This document shows positions 30,450 through 40,402 of a DNA stretch of 64,000 bases, piece by piece (the stretch's first letter is position 1; each line of letters starts with the position of its first letter). The notes beneath the pieces were generated by a model, which did not search any database, had not been told where the DNA came from, and saw only the letters and a program-made list of their open reading frames with translations. This stretch comes from Candidatus Poribacteria bacterium (lineage in GTDB: Bacteria; Poribacteria; WGA-4E; WGA-3G), in NCBI GenBank assembly GCA_965242965.1, contig OZ251518.1, positions 3,968,001 through 4,032,000 of the forward strand, given 5' to 3'. Position numbers and translations under genes: made by a program.

Positions 30450-33400
30450 TCAGGGCGTAACATCCCGCGCGCAACGAAAACCGATGAGGCCGTTCGCGTT
30501 CGTCGGCGAAAACCTGCCGCGAGGGGCGACGCGCAAGTTCTGTGCTGAATTGGGCCAACCGCCGCCGCGCAACACGCGCGAGGTTGTAACGTTTTGGTAA
30601 TTCGTCATCACTTCCGTTAGGGTCATCTCGCTGGCGAGCGGATTCCGCCGCGGCGAACGCGTATAGAAATCCGCCTCATACGCATCAAGGCACCACTCCC
30701 ACACATTCCCAGCCATGTCGTATAACCCATACCCATTCGGCGCATACATGCCAACCGGCGTTGTCAGCGGAGTAGGACTTCGGATAGACTTACCGTAGTT
30801 TGCCTTGCTAGCATCAATGCTGTAACCCCACGGGTATTTCTCATCCACCAAGCCGCCGCGTGCGGCTTTCTCCCATTCTGCCTCTGTCGGGAGCCGTTTC
30901 CCGGCCCACTGCGCGTACGCCATCGCCGCATACCAACTCACATACACCACCGGGTGGTTCCCTTTCCCACTCGGATAACTGTTACCACTCCAATCTTGGA
31001 GGTAGAGTCCACTGCGGTATTTTTTCGGAATCCGGTTTTTCTGCCACGGTGGGTTTGCATCGACAAACGCCTTGAACTGCGCATTCGTGACTTCGTATTT
31101 ATCAATGTAGAATGCATCGACGTAAACGGTATGTACGGGTTTTTCATTGTCTTCTGCGTCGCTGTCGTTGCTGCCCATTTGGAAGTCGCCGGCGGGAATC
31201 CGCACCATCTCCGTGCCATCTTTCCCAAGAATCGTCGATGTGTGCGCGCCTTGCTGAGGAATTGCTTGTTTCTCCAATTGGACATCCCGCTGCCCCTCCT
31301 GACCTCCTTGTGTAACAGCCCGCGCGCAACGAAAACCGATGTAGACGCTCAAGTTCGCCGGCGTAAACCTGTTGCGATTGGCGACGCGCAAGTCCCGCGC
31401 TGTAAGGCCCCAACTGCCGCCGCGCAACACGCGCGAGGTTGTAACGTTAACGTTTTGGTAATTCGTCATCAGTTCTGTCATGTTCATCTCGCCGGCGAGC
31501 GGATTTTGAGGCTGCGAACGCGCGTAGAAACCCTCCTCATGCGCATCAAGGCACCACTCCCACACATTGCCGGCCATGTCGTATAACCCATACCTATTCG
31601 GCGCGTACGTGCCAACCTGCGTTGTGTTTCCAACATCCTTGTTGTAGTTTGCTTGGCTGGTGTCAATTGCATTCCCCCATGGGTATTTCTTGTCCACCAA
31701 GCCGCCACGGGCCGCTTTCTCCCACTCTGCCTCTGTCGGGAGCCGTTTGCCGGCCCACTGCGCATACGCCATCGCCGCATACCAACTCACATACCTCACC
31801 GGATGGTTCCCTTTCCCACTCGGATAACTGTTCCCACTCCAATCTTGGAGGTAGTTTCCACTGTGGTATTTTTGCGGAATCCGGTTTTTCTGCCACTGGG
31901 GGTTTGCATCGACAAACGTCTTGAACTGCGCGTTCGTCACCTCGTAGGTATCAATGTAGAACGCATCCACATAGACGGTATGCGCGGGTTTTTCATCGTC
32001 TCCTGCGTCGCTGTCGTTGCTGCCCATTTGGAAGTCGCCGGCGGGAATCAGCACCATTTCAGTAGTATCTGGTATAGCAGCGGGTTTGGGACGTGCTTGT
32101 GTTTCCAATTGGACATCCTGTTGCACCTCCTGACCTCCTTGTGTAACATCCCTCGCGCAACGAAAACCGAAGTGGCCGTCCGTGCTCGCTGGCGTATTGC
32201 CGCCGCGACCGGCGACACGCAAATCCTGTGCGGTAAAGATCCAACTGCCGCCGCGCAACACGCGCGAGGTTGTAACGTTTTTGTAATTCGTCATCACTTC
32301 CGTTAGGTTCATCTCGCCGGCGAGCGGATTCCGCCGCGTTGAACGCGCATAGGAATCATACGCATCAAGGCACCACTCCCACACATTGCCGGCCATATCG
32401 TATAACCCATACCCATTCGGCGGATACGTGCCAACCGGCATTGTGTTTCCAACAGTCTTGTTGTAGTTTGCTTGGCTGATGTCAATTGCATTGCCCCACG
32501 GGTATTTCTTGCCCACTAAGCCGCCGCGGGCGGCTTTCTCCCACTCTGCCTCTGTCGGGAGCCGTTTGCCGGCCCACTGCGCATACGCTATCGCTGCATA
32601 CCAACTCACATGCCTTACCGGATGGTTCGATTTCCCACGGGGATAATTATTGCCATCCCAATGCATGAGGTAACCGTGGAAGTCAGTGGGCATGGCGAAC
32701 TGCTCATCAATTTTGTCTTTTTGCCACTGTGGGTTTGCATCGACAAACGCCTTGAACTGTGCATTCGTCACTTCGTATTTATCGATGTAGAACGCGTCTA
32801 CGTAAACGGTATGCATCGGTTTTTCATGGCTGTATGCCTCGTGGTCGTTGCTGCCCATTTGGAACTCGCCGGCGGGGATGAGCACCATTTCAGTAGAGGC
32901 TGGCATAGCAGCGGGTTTGGGACGTGCTCGTTTCTCCAATTGAACATCCCACGGAACTTCTTGTCCACCCCTCAGTGTCACACCTCTCACTTGGCTTTTG
33001 TAACCGGGGAGTTCTATGCCAAGTTCTACCTGCTTTTCTCGCGTTGTTCCGGTGTCAACCTCAAAGCCGCGCAACGGCGTTTTGCCGATAGCGGCACCGT
33101 CAAGATAAACACTCGCGCCGTTCGGTGTGCTGGTCACCTGCAAGGTTGCGATGGTGGCAAACTTTTCCAATCGGACTGTCCATGGCATGCTTTGCCCACC
33201 TTTCAATGTCAAGGTTGTTGTTCGGCTTTTATAGCCTTCGGATTCCAAGCGGACATGAACCTGTTTGACGCGTCTCACCCCAGTGTCGATTTGATAGCCG
33301 CGCATCGGTGTTTTCCCGATGACAATCCCCTCAAGATAAACCGTCGCGCCGCGGGGAGTGCTTGTTACGTTTAACGTCGCTATTGTAGATAAGGCATCGC

Positions 33401-34292
33401 CAGGAGGAGGAGGTGCTTCCCGCGGCAAGACGAATACAAAATCCCCCTGGTTCAGTTTGGGGTTGTTGATTTTGCCATACTGCGGGTTTTGCCCACGGTT
33501 ATATTTCGGGACTTCGGTTTTCAGATAGAGCCCTAACTCCGCGCCGGTAATGTAACCGTCCGCAATAGGTTCCTGCGCGATGCCTTTAACGAGGTTCAGA
33601 AATGCCTCCTTAAAAACACTGTGATCTGGCACGGTTTCATCGGCGCGGCCGGCCGTGATGAATTGTCGCACGGGATATTTGACGTTGTTTGAGACATAAG
33701 GCGGCGGAATCTGGCTGCGCGCATTGAGAATCGTGCCAGAGAAACAGCTGTCAAACATAAACAGCACATGCCGTGACTGCATGCGCCGTGACTGCGTCAC
33801 CAGCGATTCCATGTCCACACTTTTGCTACCGTCGATGCCGTCGTTTTTTGGGAAAGGCGCGTCTACCATGACGAGGTATCCAAGGTGTTCGCCATCGGCA
33901 AGTTCCTCAGTGTAACCGTGGCCCGCGTAGTAGAAAAGGAGTCGGGCATCCTCGTTTTTTCCGTTCTGGACGAACGTCTCAAAGGCATCTTCAAACTTGT
34001 CTTTTGTCAGGTCGGTTTTGAGGGTGACGTTGAAGCCGTGTGTTTTGAGTGCCGCGGCGACTTCCTGCACGTCGCGAGTTGCGCCGGGCAGCGGGTCCCA
34101 GCCATTTCGGTAATTTCCGTTTCCGACGATGAGCGCGTAAGAGGCTTTATAGAGTTCAATCTCTTCGCCGGTGTTTGTTCGGACGCTGATTTTCATGCCG
34201 CGGTTGGTTTGCGGGCAGAGGTCTGGCGCGCCGATGAAAATGGCGGCACTACCAAAGACGATGGCAATAAGGGTGATGAATACGGTTTTCAT
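30450..34292 (-). CDS. Secreted caspase (peptidase C14)-PEGAx2-(FGE-sulfatase/CLec)x3 protein; putative DGR target
   Basis: Signal/TM; dyad 'YYAGHG' and 'FDSCFSG'; two 'VTSTP.GA.VYL.G..IGKTP' PEGA; three 'IPAG.FQMGS...RLPTEAEWEKAARGG...GNVWEW...RGGSW...GFRC' domains. Confidence 0.92.
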   Translation of the reverse strand: MKTVFITLIAIVFGSAAIFIGAPDLCPQTNRGMKISVRTNTGEEIELYKASYALIVGNGNYRNGWDPLPGATRDVQEVAAALKTHGFNVTLKTDLTKDKFEDAFETFVQNGKNEDARLLFYYAGHGYTEELADGEHLGYLVMVDAPFPKNDGIDGSKSVDMESLVTQSRRMQSRHVLFMFDSCFSGTILNARSQIPPPYVSNNVKYPVRQFITAGRADETVPDHSVFKEAFLNLVKGIAQEPIADGYITGAELGLYLKTEVPKYNRGQNPQYGKINNPKLNQGDFVFVLPREAPPPPGDALSTIATLNVTSTPRGATVYLEGIVIGKTPMRGYQIDTGVRRVKQVHVRLESEGYKSRTTTLTLKGGQSMPWTVRLEKFATIATLQVTSTPNGASVYLDGAAIGKTPLRGFEVDTGTTREKQVELGIELPGYKSQVRGVTLRGGQEVPWDVQLEKRARPKPAAMPASTEMVLIPAGEFQMGSNDHEAYSHEKPMHTVYVDAFYIDKYEVTNAQFKAFVDANPQWQKDKIDEQFAMPTDFHGYLMHWDGNNYPRGKSNHPVRHVSWYAAIAYAQWAGKRLPTEAEWEKAARGGLVGKKYPWGNAIDISQANYNKTVGNTMPVGTYPPNGYGLYDMAGNVWEWCLDAYDSYARSTRRNPLAGEMNLTEVMTNYKNVTTSRVLRGGSWIFTAQDLRVAGRGGNTPASTDGHFGFRCARDVTQGGQEVQQDVQLETQARPKPAAIPDTTEMVLIPAGDFQMGSNDSDAGDDEKPAHTVYVDAFYIDTYEVTNAQFKTFVDANPQWQKNRIPQKYHSGNYLQDWSGNSYPSGKGNHPVRYVSWYAAMAYAQWAGKRLPTEAEWEKAARGGLVDKKYPWGNAIDTSQANYNKDVGNTTQVGTYAPNRYGLYDMAGNVWEWCLDAHEEGFYARSQPQNPLAGEMNMTELMTNYQNVNVTTSRVLRGGSWGLTARDLRVANRNRFTPANLSVYIGFRCARAVTQGGQEGQRDVQLEKQAIPQQGAHTSTILGKDGTEMVRIPAGDFQMGSNDSDAEDNEKPVHTVYVDAFYIDKYEVTNAQFKAFVDANPPWQKNRIPKKYRSGLYLQDWSGNSYPSGKGNHPVVYVSWYAAMAYAQWAGKRLPTEAEWEKAARGGLVDEKYPWGYSIDASKANYGKSIRSPTPLTTPVGMYAPNGYGLYDMAGNVWEWCLDAYEADFYTRSPRRNPLASEMTLTEVMTNYQNVTTSRVLRGGGWPNSAQNLRVAPRGRFSPTNANGLIGFRCARDVTP
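30453..30580 (-). other. Putative DGR variable region (gene 1, domain 3, C-terminal)
   Basis: Differences from sister domains fall at codon positions 1-2 with the third base conserved (see findings). Confidence 0.75.
31311..31436 (-). other. Putative DGR variable region (gene 1, domain 2, internal)
   Basis: Same pattern. Confidence 0.7.
32142..32268 (-). other. Putative DGR variable region (gene 1, domain 1, internal)
   Basis: Same pattern. Confidence 0.7.
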
Positions 34293-34371
34293 GATGGCGC
34301 GGATTTTAGCATGTTACGCCTTAAAAAGCAAGGGTATTTTCTCTATAATCAGAAAAACGTCCCAGTGCGCG

Positions 34372-34607
34372 CGTAGGGCGAGGGCCTGTCCCTCGCCGTG
34401 CTGGGTTCTGATTCCCGTTGCGCGCGTAGGGCGAGGGCCTGTCCCTCGCCGTGCTGCGGTCTAACGCCTCGGGAGTTCGTAGGGCGCGGGCCTGTCCCTC
34501 GCCATGCTGGGTTCTGGTTTTGCATCGAGACCAGGAGGTCTCTCCTACCGGTGTTGCATCGAGACCAGGAGGTCTCTCCTACCGGGGCCGCCTGTCCCTC
34601 GCCCTAC
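34372..34607. repeat. REP-like array
   Basis: Three A-family and two B-family hairpins; terminal GTAG supplies the stop of 34604..36253. Confidence 0.85.
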
Positions 34608-36253
34608 GGTTGTGTGGCGTTTTTGCTAAGCGTCGTAATCACAAGACGCGCTTCACTCTGTTGCGCATGAGGACGTTGCTGCTTCTTTTTCATCCCGCGA
34701 AAAGCGCGAGCTGCCTGTTCAGCATCTTCTGCCTTCAAAAATAGATACCCATCGCTTTCGTAGGACTCGATGACTGGAAACTTATCGGTCCGCGCCGCGA
34801 CGATAAGCAATTCTGCGCCAAACGGAGCTGCACACTCAAACTCTTCCGGAATCTCAACAACACGATTAACCTTCGACTCATCGATATAGTAGTTGTCATA
34901 GAGGAGCGTGTGCCGGCCATCGGCAAGGATATAGAGGATGCGGATGTAAGCCGCTTGATTGACACGGACAGAAACCAGCATTGTCTCGCCTTCGGTATAA
35001 AGCGGATGCTCACTCGGGCTGTTTGTCCAGACATCCACCCGCAGCGCGCCACTGACGAATTCGCCTTCGGCAAACGCTTTTTGTGATATGAGAGCCGCCT
35101 GCCAATTTTGCGGTTTGAAGTCCATATCCGTAAGGCGCGAGAAGGTGACTGCGGTGCCAGCCTTGACTGCACCGGTATCGACATCGCGCAGCGTCGTCCG
35201 AAGGGTGATTGCATCGCTGTTTTCCCAATAGGTGCCGGAGAGCAGCAACGTCGCGCCCGCACTTTTGGTAAAATCGCGCATCAGTTGCGCGGAACGGGGA
35301 CGAACGTTTCCGCGGGAACGGTGCTTTTCAGTGACGGTGTGCCACTTGCCGATTTGTCCGAGTTGTGCCTCCAGCGCGGCGCGGAATTCACGCGAAAAAC
35401 GGCTATTCATCTGCGTATCTTGATAGGTAGGGGCTACCAGCAACACTTTCCCTGCGAGGTGACGCACCTGTTTTGAGAGTTGAAAGACAACGGCACGCGC
35501 AATATCATCAACGGAAGTGATTGCGGCAGTTGAGACGAGGTGCTCAACGCGATTCATTACCTCGGTGTGCGACATCAGGGGACTATCTCCCACGCCGGAA
35601 TCGCCTTTTGTGGCTCTTTCCAATTCGGCGAAGGCGGTGTCTGCAGAAATCGCGACCGGGAGGGCGCGCCTACTGGAGAGTTTTGCCACCGTCAAGATAG
35701 TCTCCGCCTCTTTCAACGCTTCGTAAAGCGGCGCGGTGCTCAGGTATTTCTCCACGGCGAGAGAGATTTTATCCTCGTTTTCTGCGGTGTGGGCATCGGC
35801 AAGGATGCGCCGGATTTCGGCGCGGCGTTGGACAGCGCGTTGCGTATAGAGCCGCTTGAGCTCGGCGCGCGAAATCCATGCGAGGACATACGCGGTATGC
35901 TGGCCATCGTAATGCTCAAGCGAAAGTCCCATCAGTTGCAGCGCAGTGGAACTTTGAGTGGTTGCACTGAAATGTTCGGAGACACCGTGCCTCGTCTCTT
36001 CCTCGCCGGTGGAAATAACGCTTTTGATGTTTGTGACAATGTGGCGAGAAACTTCTGCGCGGGCGTTGTCTGCGGCAATCTGGCGTGATTCGGCACCGTT
36101 CCCCTGCGCACTCCCGAAGCCGACGAGATAACTGTGTGATGGATGCCTTTTGGACACGCCGAAGTTGCGGACCCAATCGGGTGCGTCGGCGTGCGCGGTT
36201 GTGGTGAGGGAGATAAGGAATATGAAAAATAGAGAGATGCGCGTGGTTTTCAT
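34604..36253 (-). CDS. Secreted LPP20-like + DUF4384-like domain protein
   Basis: Signal peptide ending AHA, 'PDWV', 'A.DNARAE'; C-terminal 'VWTN....Y..GE...V.V.VNQ.AY..ILY..ADG', 'PFGAELL'; domain names by recollection. Confidence 0.65.
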   Translation of the reverse strand: MKTTRISLFFIFLISLTTTAHADAPDWVRNFGVSKRHPSHSYLVGFGSAQGNGAESRQIAADNARAEVSRHIVTNIKSVISTGEEETRHGVSEHFSATTQSSTALQLMGLSLEHYDGQHTAYVLAWISRAELKRLYTQRAVQRRAEIRRILADAHTAENEDKISLAVEKYLSTAPLYEALKEAETILTVAKLSSRRALPVAISADTAFAELERATKGDSGVGDSPLMSHTEVMNRVEHLVSTAAITSVDDIARAVVFQLSKQVRHLAGKVLLVAPTYQDTQMNSRFSREFRAALEAQLGQIGKWHTVTEKHRSRGNVRPRSAQLMRDFTKSAGATLLLSGTYWENSDAITLRTTLRDVDTGAVKAGTAVTFSRLTDMDFKPQNWQAALISQKAFAEGEFVSGALRVDVWTNSPSEHPLYTEGETMLVSVRVNQAAYIRILYILADGRHTLLYDNYYIDESKVNRVVEIPEEFECAAPFGAELLIVAARTDKFPVIESYESDGYLFLKAEDAEQAARAFRGMKKKQQRPHAQQSEARLVITTLSKNATQP

Positions 36254-36646
36254 AGCGATCCTTGGAGAACAGATTCTAGCCTATCGTAATATAGCATCGG
36301 ATCGATTAAAAGGCAAGCGTTTTTTTAATCAGGATTTGCAGGATTTGCAAGATTAGAGGACATTCGCGTTATGGAAATCTGCTGGAGGTCTGAATTTTCT
36401 TTCCATTGATCTTTGTGATAGATCTAGACCGCAAGACGATCCGAGTTGACAATAAAGCGCAGATCTGAAGAAAAATTGATTGCGATCAAAAAAATAAAAT
36501 TGGATTTAGATATTCGCAAAAGAATACTATATTAAGCCTAGTAGGAGTTTTCAGGTGCCATTCGTCGCGCGGGAGAAAATGCTCCCGCTTCTTGTGCAAT
36601 CACTTGTTAGTGACTCTGAAATTAATATATAATAAGGAGAAAAATA

Positions 36647-36976
36647 ATGCAATTTGAAAGGAAGACGAAATCCGAGACAACAGAAACAGTAAAAATCTCT
36701 ACAGATCCAGCGGAGAGGGCCCATGTTCGGGTTAATCAAAAATCCGGTGAATATGAGATCACTACCTCGCCAATTCCCTGTGATCACAAATCGGGTGAAT
36801 GTAAAGTCATCACCTTGCGAATTCCTTCCATAGGTGGTTGTCTACGCAGATGCCTCACCTTCGTTAAGGATTGGAATTTTCTGTTCCAGGCAGTTAGATT
36901 CGTCATGGAGAACTTCCCAGAGTTTGTCTTAATTGTCTGGGCTTTGTTCCGTTTTCTAGGTGTTATGCCCAATTAG
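36647..36976 (+). CDS. Small hypothetical protein with hydrophobic C-terminus
   Basis: RBS TAAGGAG; lies in an AT-rich segment; no recognisable motif. Confidence 0.45.
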   Translation: MQFERKTKSETTETVKISTDPAERAHVRVNQKSGEYEITTSPIPCDHKSGECKVITLRIPSIGGCLRRCLTFVKDWNFLFQAVRFVMENFPEFVLIVWALFRFLGVMPN

Positions 36977-37224
36977 TTTCTGTAGTTCGGGATCGCCTGA
37001 TCCCGAACAGTCAAGATCGCTTGGAAACCAGTATGCCAGAGTTTCAGGCGATTTTGACCTACAGAGACGAGGCAAATCAACGTCAGTTGGTATTAGAGGG
37101 AAATCTTTATGCAAACAAGGCATGCTATCGGATAATTGGATAGTTTTGTTCGTCTTTTTGTGCAAAGGTGCAATTACTTGTAGTGCTACTATCTGCAAGA
37201 ACAGAAGGGGTAAAGGAGTTAGGG

Positions 37225-40092
37225 TTAAGGGGTAACATCCTTCGCGCAACGAAAACCGAGGTTGACGGCCGTGAACGTTGGCGGATTCCTGTTGCGATTG
37301 GCGACACGCAAGGCCAGCACTGACGAGAGCCAACTGCCGCCGCGCAACACGCGGTCATTGTGGTCCTGAACCTTCGCGAAGCCATCTTCAACCCATCCTC
37401 CCGCCACCGGATTCCGATGTGGCGAACGCCTATAGAAAGCTGCCTCCCACTCATCAATGCACCACTCGTAGACATTGCCCGCCATATTGTGTAATCCGTA
37501 TCCGTTCGCCGGGTAACTGCCGACAGGGGCAATGAACGCGTGCCCATCGTTCACACTGTCATCTGTCCAAGTTATCCAATCAATATTGAGGTTAGCTAGA
37601 GTGACATCGGCGAAGTTACACTGCGTTCCATCCGGCGCACTGTTACCCCACGGGTATTTCTTGCCTTCCAAGCCGCCGCGTGCGGCTTTCTCCCACTCTG
37701 CCTCTGTCGGGAGCCGTTTGCCGGCCCACTGCGCATACGCCATCGCTGCATACCAACTCACGAACATCACAGGGTGGGTGTCTTCCCCACTCGGATAACT
37801 GTTCTCCGTCCAGGAGTCTAGGTAGTCTCCATCATGATATTTGTCAGGGATGTTGTCCTTCCGCCACTGTGGGTTTGCATTGACAAACGCCTTGAACTGC
37901 GCGTTCGTCACCTCGTATTTGTCCATGTAGAATGCACCGACGTAAACGGTATGCACAGGTCTTTCATTGCCTTCCGTGTTGCTGTCGTTGCTGCCCATTT
38001 GGAACTCGCCGGCGGGGATCAGCGCCATATCCGCGCCATCTTGTCCAAGAATCGTTGATGGGTGCGCGCCTTGCTGAGGGATTGCCTGTTTTTCCAATTG
38101 GACATCTCGCGGTCCCTCCTGACCTCCTTGCGTAACAGCCCTCGCGCAACGAAAACCGATGAGGTTGAACGTGGCCGTGGGCGGCCTGCTGTTGCGATCG
38201 GCGACATGCAAGCTCCGTGCGACGAAGCCCCACGACCCGCCGCGCAACACGCGGGCATTGTGGGTCTGAACCTTCGCGAAGCCATCTCCAACCCATCCCC
38301 CCGCTACCGGATTCCGATGTGGAGAACGCGAATAGAAAGCTGCATCCCACTCATCAATGCACCACTCGTGGACATTGCCCGCCATATTGTGTAATCCGTA
38401 TCCGTTCGCCGGGTAACTGCCGACAGGGGCAGTGAACGCGTGACCATCGTTCACATTGTCATTTGTCCAAGTTATCTCATCAATATTGCGGTTAGCCAGA
38501 GTGACATCGGCGAAGTTACACTGCGTTCCGTCCGGCGCACTGTTGCCCCACGGGTATTTCTTGCCTTCCAAGCCGCCGCGTGCGGCTTTCTCCCACTCTG
38601 CCTCTGTTGGGAGCCGTTTGCCGGCCCACTGCGCATACGCCATCGCCGCATACCAGCTTACAAGAACAACTGGATGGTTACCGGCCCCACTCGGATAGTC
38701 GTTGCCATTCCAGAGGTTGAGGTAGTAGCCATTGTGGTATTTGTCAGGGATGTTGTCCTTCTGCCACTGTGGGTTTGCGTCGACAAACGCCTTGAACTGC
38801 GCGTTCGTCACCTCGTATTTGTCCATGTAGAATGCATTGATGTAAACGGTATGCACTGGTTTTTCATAGTCTTCTGCCTCGCTGTCGTTGCTGCCCATTT
38901 GGAACTCGCCGGCGGGGATGAGCACCATCTCGGCACCGTCTCGTCCAATTATCGTCGGAGCAAGCGTTGATTCTAAGGCGACATCCCAGGGGAGGTTTTG
39001 TCCACCTGTCACTGTAACGTTTTTCATTAGGTTTTTGTAACCAGCGAGTTCTAAGCCGATTTCTATCTGCTTTTCACGCCTGATTCCCGTGTCAATCTCC
39101 TGGTTGTGTAATGGCGTTTTTCCGACAGCGGCCCCATCAACGTAGACTGTTGCACCGCTGGGAGTGCTCGTTATATGCAACGTTGCGAGTGTAGGGAGTT
39201 CGGCAGTGTTTCGCTGCGGTAGCACGAAGACAAAATCGCCCTTATCTAACTTCGGGTCTTGGATTTTACCGTATTGTGGGTGTTGCGCCTCGTTGTATAT
39301 CGGGACCTGATTCTTCAGATACAATCCCAACTCCGCACCAGTGATATAACCATCGCGGAACGGTTCGGCAGCGCGGCCGTCAATGAGGTCAAGGAACGCT
39401 GTTTTGAACACGCTCCGGTCAGGCACGGGTTCGTTCGCGCGCCCGGCGGTGATGAATTGCCGCACGGGATGCCGAATGTTATCCGAAATGCTCTCGGGTC
39501 TCACCCGGTCGCGTGCATTCAAAATAGTGCCGGAGAAGCAGCAGTCAAACAGGAACAGGACATGCCGTGCGAGTATCGCCTTGGATTCACCGACAAGCGT
39601 TTCCATGTTGACGCTTTCTCGGACAAAGCCGAGTTTGTCGATGTCAGGTTCTGGTGCGTCTACCATGACGAGATACCCGCGTTCCTGGGCGTTGGCAAGT
39701 GGCAGGGTGTAACCGTGTCCTGCATAGTAAAAGAGGAGACGGTTGTTTTCGTCTGCCCCGTGCTCTAACACGAATGTGAGGAATGCGTCCTCAAATTCAT
39801 CTGCGGTGAGATCGGTTTTAAGGGTGACGTTGAAGTCGTGTGTTTGGAGTGCCTCGGCGACTTCTTTCACGTCTTGTATCGCGCCCGGCAGCGGGTCCCA
39901 TCCGTTAGTGTAGTTTCCATTTCCGATGACGAGTGCGTAAGAGGCGTTGTAGAGTTCAATGTGTTCGCCGGCACTGGTGCGGACGCTAATTTTCATGCCG
40001 CGGCGGGTTTGTGGGTGCAGCGTTGTGGTGCCGATGAAAATGAGGGCACCACAGAGCAAAACAACAAAAAGTGAGATGCTAAAGATTTTCAC
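37225..40092 (-). CDS. Secreted caspase (C14)-PEGA-(FGE-sulfatase/CLec)x2 protein; putative DGR target
   Basis: GTG start after GAGGTG RBS aligns with paralog N-termini; 'YYAGHG', 'FDCCFSG'; one PEGA; two CLec domains. Confidence 0.92.
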   Translation of the reverse strand: MKIFSISLFVVLLCGALIFIGTTTLHPQTRRGMKISVRTSAGEHIELYNASYALVIGNGNYTNGWDPLPGAIQDVKEVAEALQTHDFNVTLKTDLTADEFEDAFLTFVLEHGADENNRLLFYYAGHGYTLPLANAQERGYLVMVDAPEPDIDKLGFVRESVNMETLVGESKAILARHVLFLFDCCFSGTILNARDRVRPESISDNIRHPVRQFITAGRANEPVPDRSVFKTAFLDLIDGRAAEPFRDGYITGAELGLYLKNQVPIYNEAQHPQYGKIQDPKLDKGDFVFVLPQRNTAELPTLATLHITSTPSGATVYVDGAAVGKTPLHNQEIDTGIRREKQIEIGLELAGYKNLMKNVTVTGGQNLPWDVALESTLAPTIIGRDGAEMVLIPAGEFQMGSNDSEAEDYEKPVHTVYINAFYMDKYEVTNAQFKAFVDANPQWQKDNIPDKYHNGYYLNLWNGNDYPSGAGNHPVVLVSWYAAMAYAQWAGKRLPTEAEWEKAARGGLEGKKYPWGNSAPDGTQCNFADVTLANRNIDEITWTNDNVNDGHAFTAPVGSYPANGYGLHNMAGNVHEWCIDEWDAAFYSRSPHRNPVAGGWVGDGFAKVQTHNARVLRGGSWGFVARSLHVADRNSRPPTATFNLIGFRCARAVTQGGQEGPRDVQLEKQAIPQQGAHPSTILGQDGADMALIPAGEFQMGSNDSNTEGNERPVHTVYVGAFYMDKYEVTNAQFKAFVNANPQWRKDNIPDKYHDGDYLDSWTENSYPSGEDTHPVMFVSWYAAMAYAQWAGKRLPTEAEWEKAARGGLEGKKYPWGNSAPDGTQCNFADVTLANLNIDWITWTDDSVNDGHAFIAPVGSYPANGYGLHNMAGNVYEWCIDEWEAAFYRRSPHRNPVAGGWVEDGFAKVQDHNDRVLRGGSWLSSVLALRVANRNRNPPTFTAVNLGFRCAKDVTP
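37228..37353 (-). other. Putative DGR variable region (gene 2, domain 2, C-terminal)
   Basis: Same pattern; retains AAT CGC AAC AGG AAT template-like codons. Confidence 0.75.
38131..38253 (-). other. Putative DGR variable region (gene 2, domain 1, internal)
   Basis: Same pattern, GGG TCG TGG variant. Confidence 0.65.
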
Positions 40093-40200
40093 GGGATTCA
40101 CCTCTTCAAGAAGAACGATTTTGGGCAAGGTTACGAAGAATTTCCTGCGGAGATGGTTGCCGGCCAGCAGAAAACCGAAAACCAAATGACGTTGACATTA

Positions 40201-40229
40201 ATTATACACAAAATGTTGATTAATGTCAA
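40201..40229 (-). promoter_or_regulatory. Consensus sigma70 promoter of gene 37225..40092
   Basis: TTGACA-17-TATAAT on the minus strand. Confidence 0.7.
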
Positions 40230-40402
40230 AGTTGTGGGGAAATTTCATGGCAATTCAGTTTTCCTCATAACCACTTTTCGTTTGATAGGCACGCAACTGA
40301 CTGGAAAACGGAACGCCTCTCTCCTCGGGTTGTGCCGAAGTTTGATTATTTGTGATGCCTTTTCTATAAACAGCAGATCAGAAGAGGTAAAGGTGTGACG
40401 AA

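Noticed and set aside
36400-36540. Replication origin suggested by the GATC cluster and AT-richness
   Set aside because: No DnaA boxes or rep gene nearby
36549-36640. Cobalamin riboswitch suggested by 'CAGGTGCC'
   Set aside because: The following GGGAA/T-loop and B12-box elements are not present
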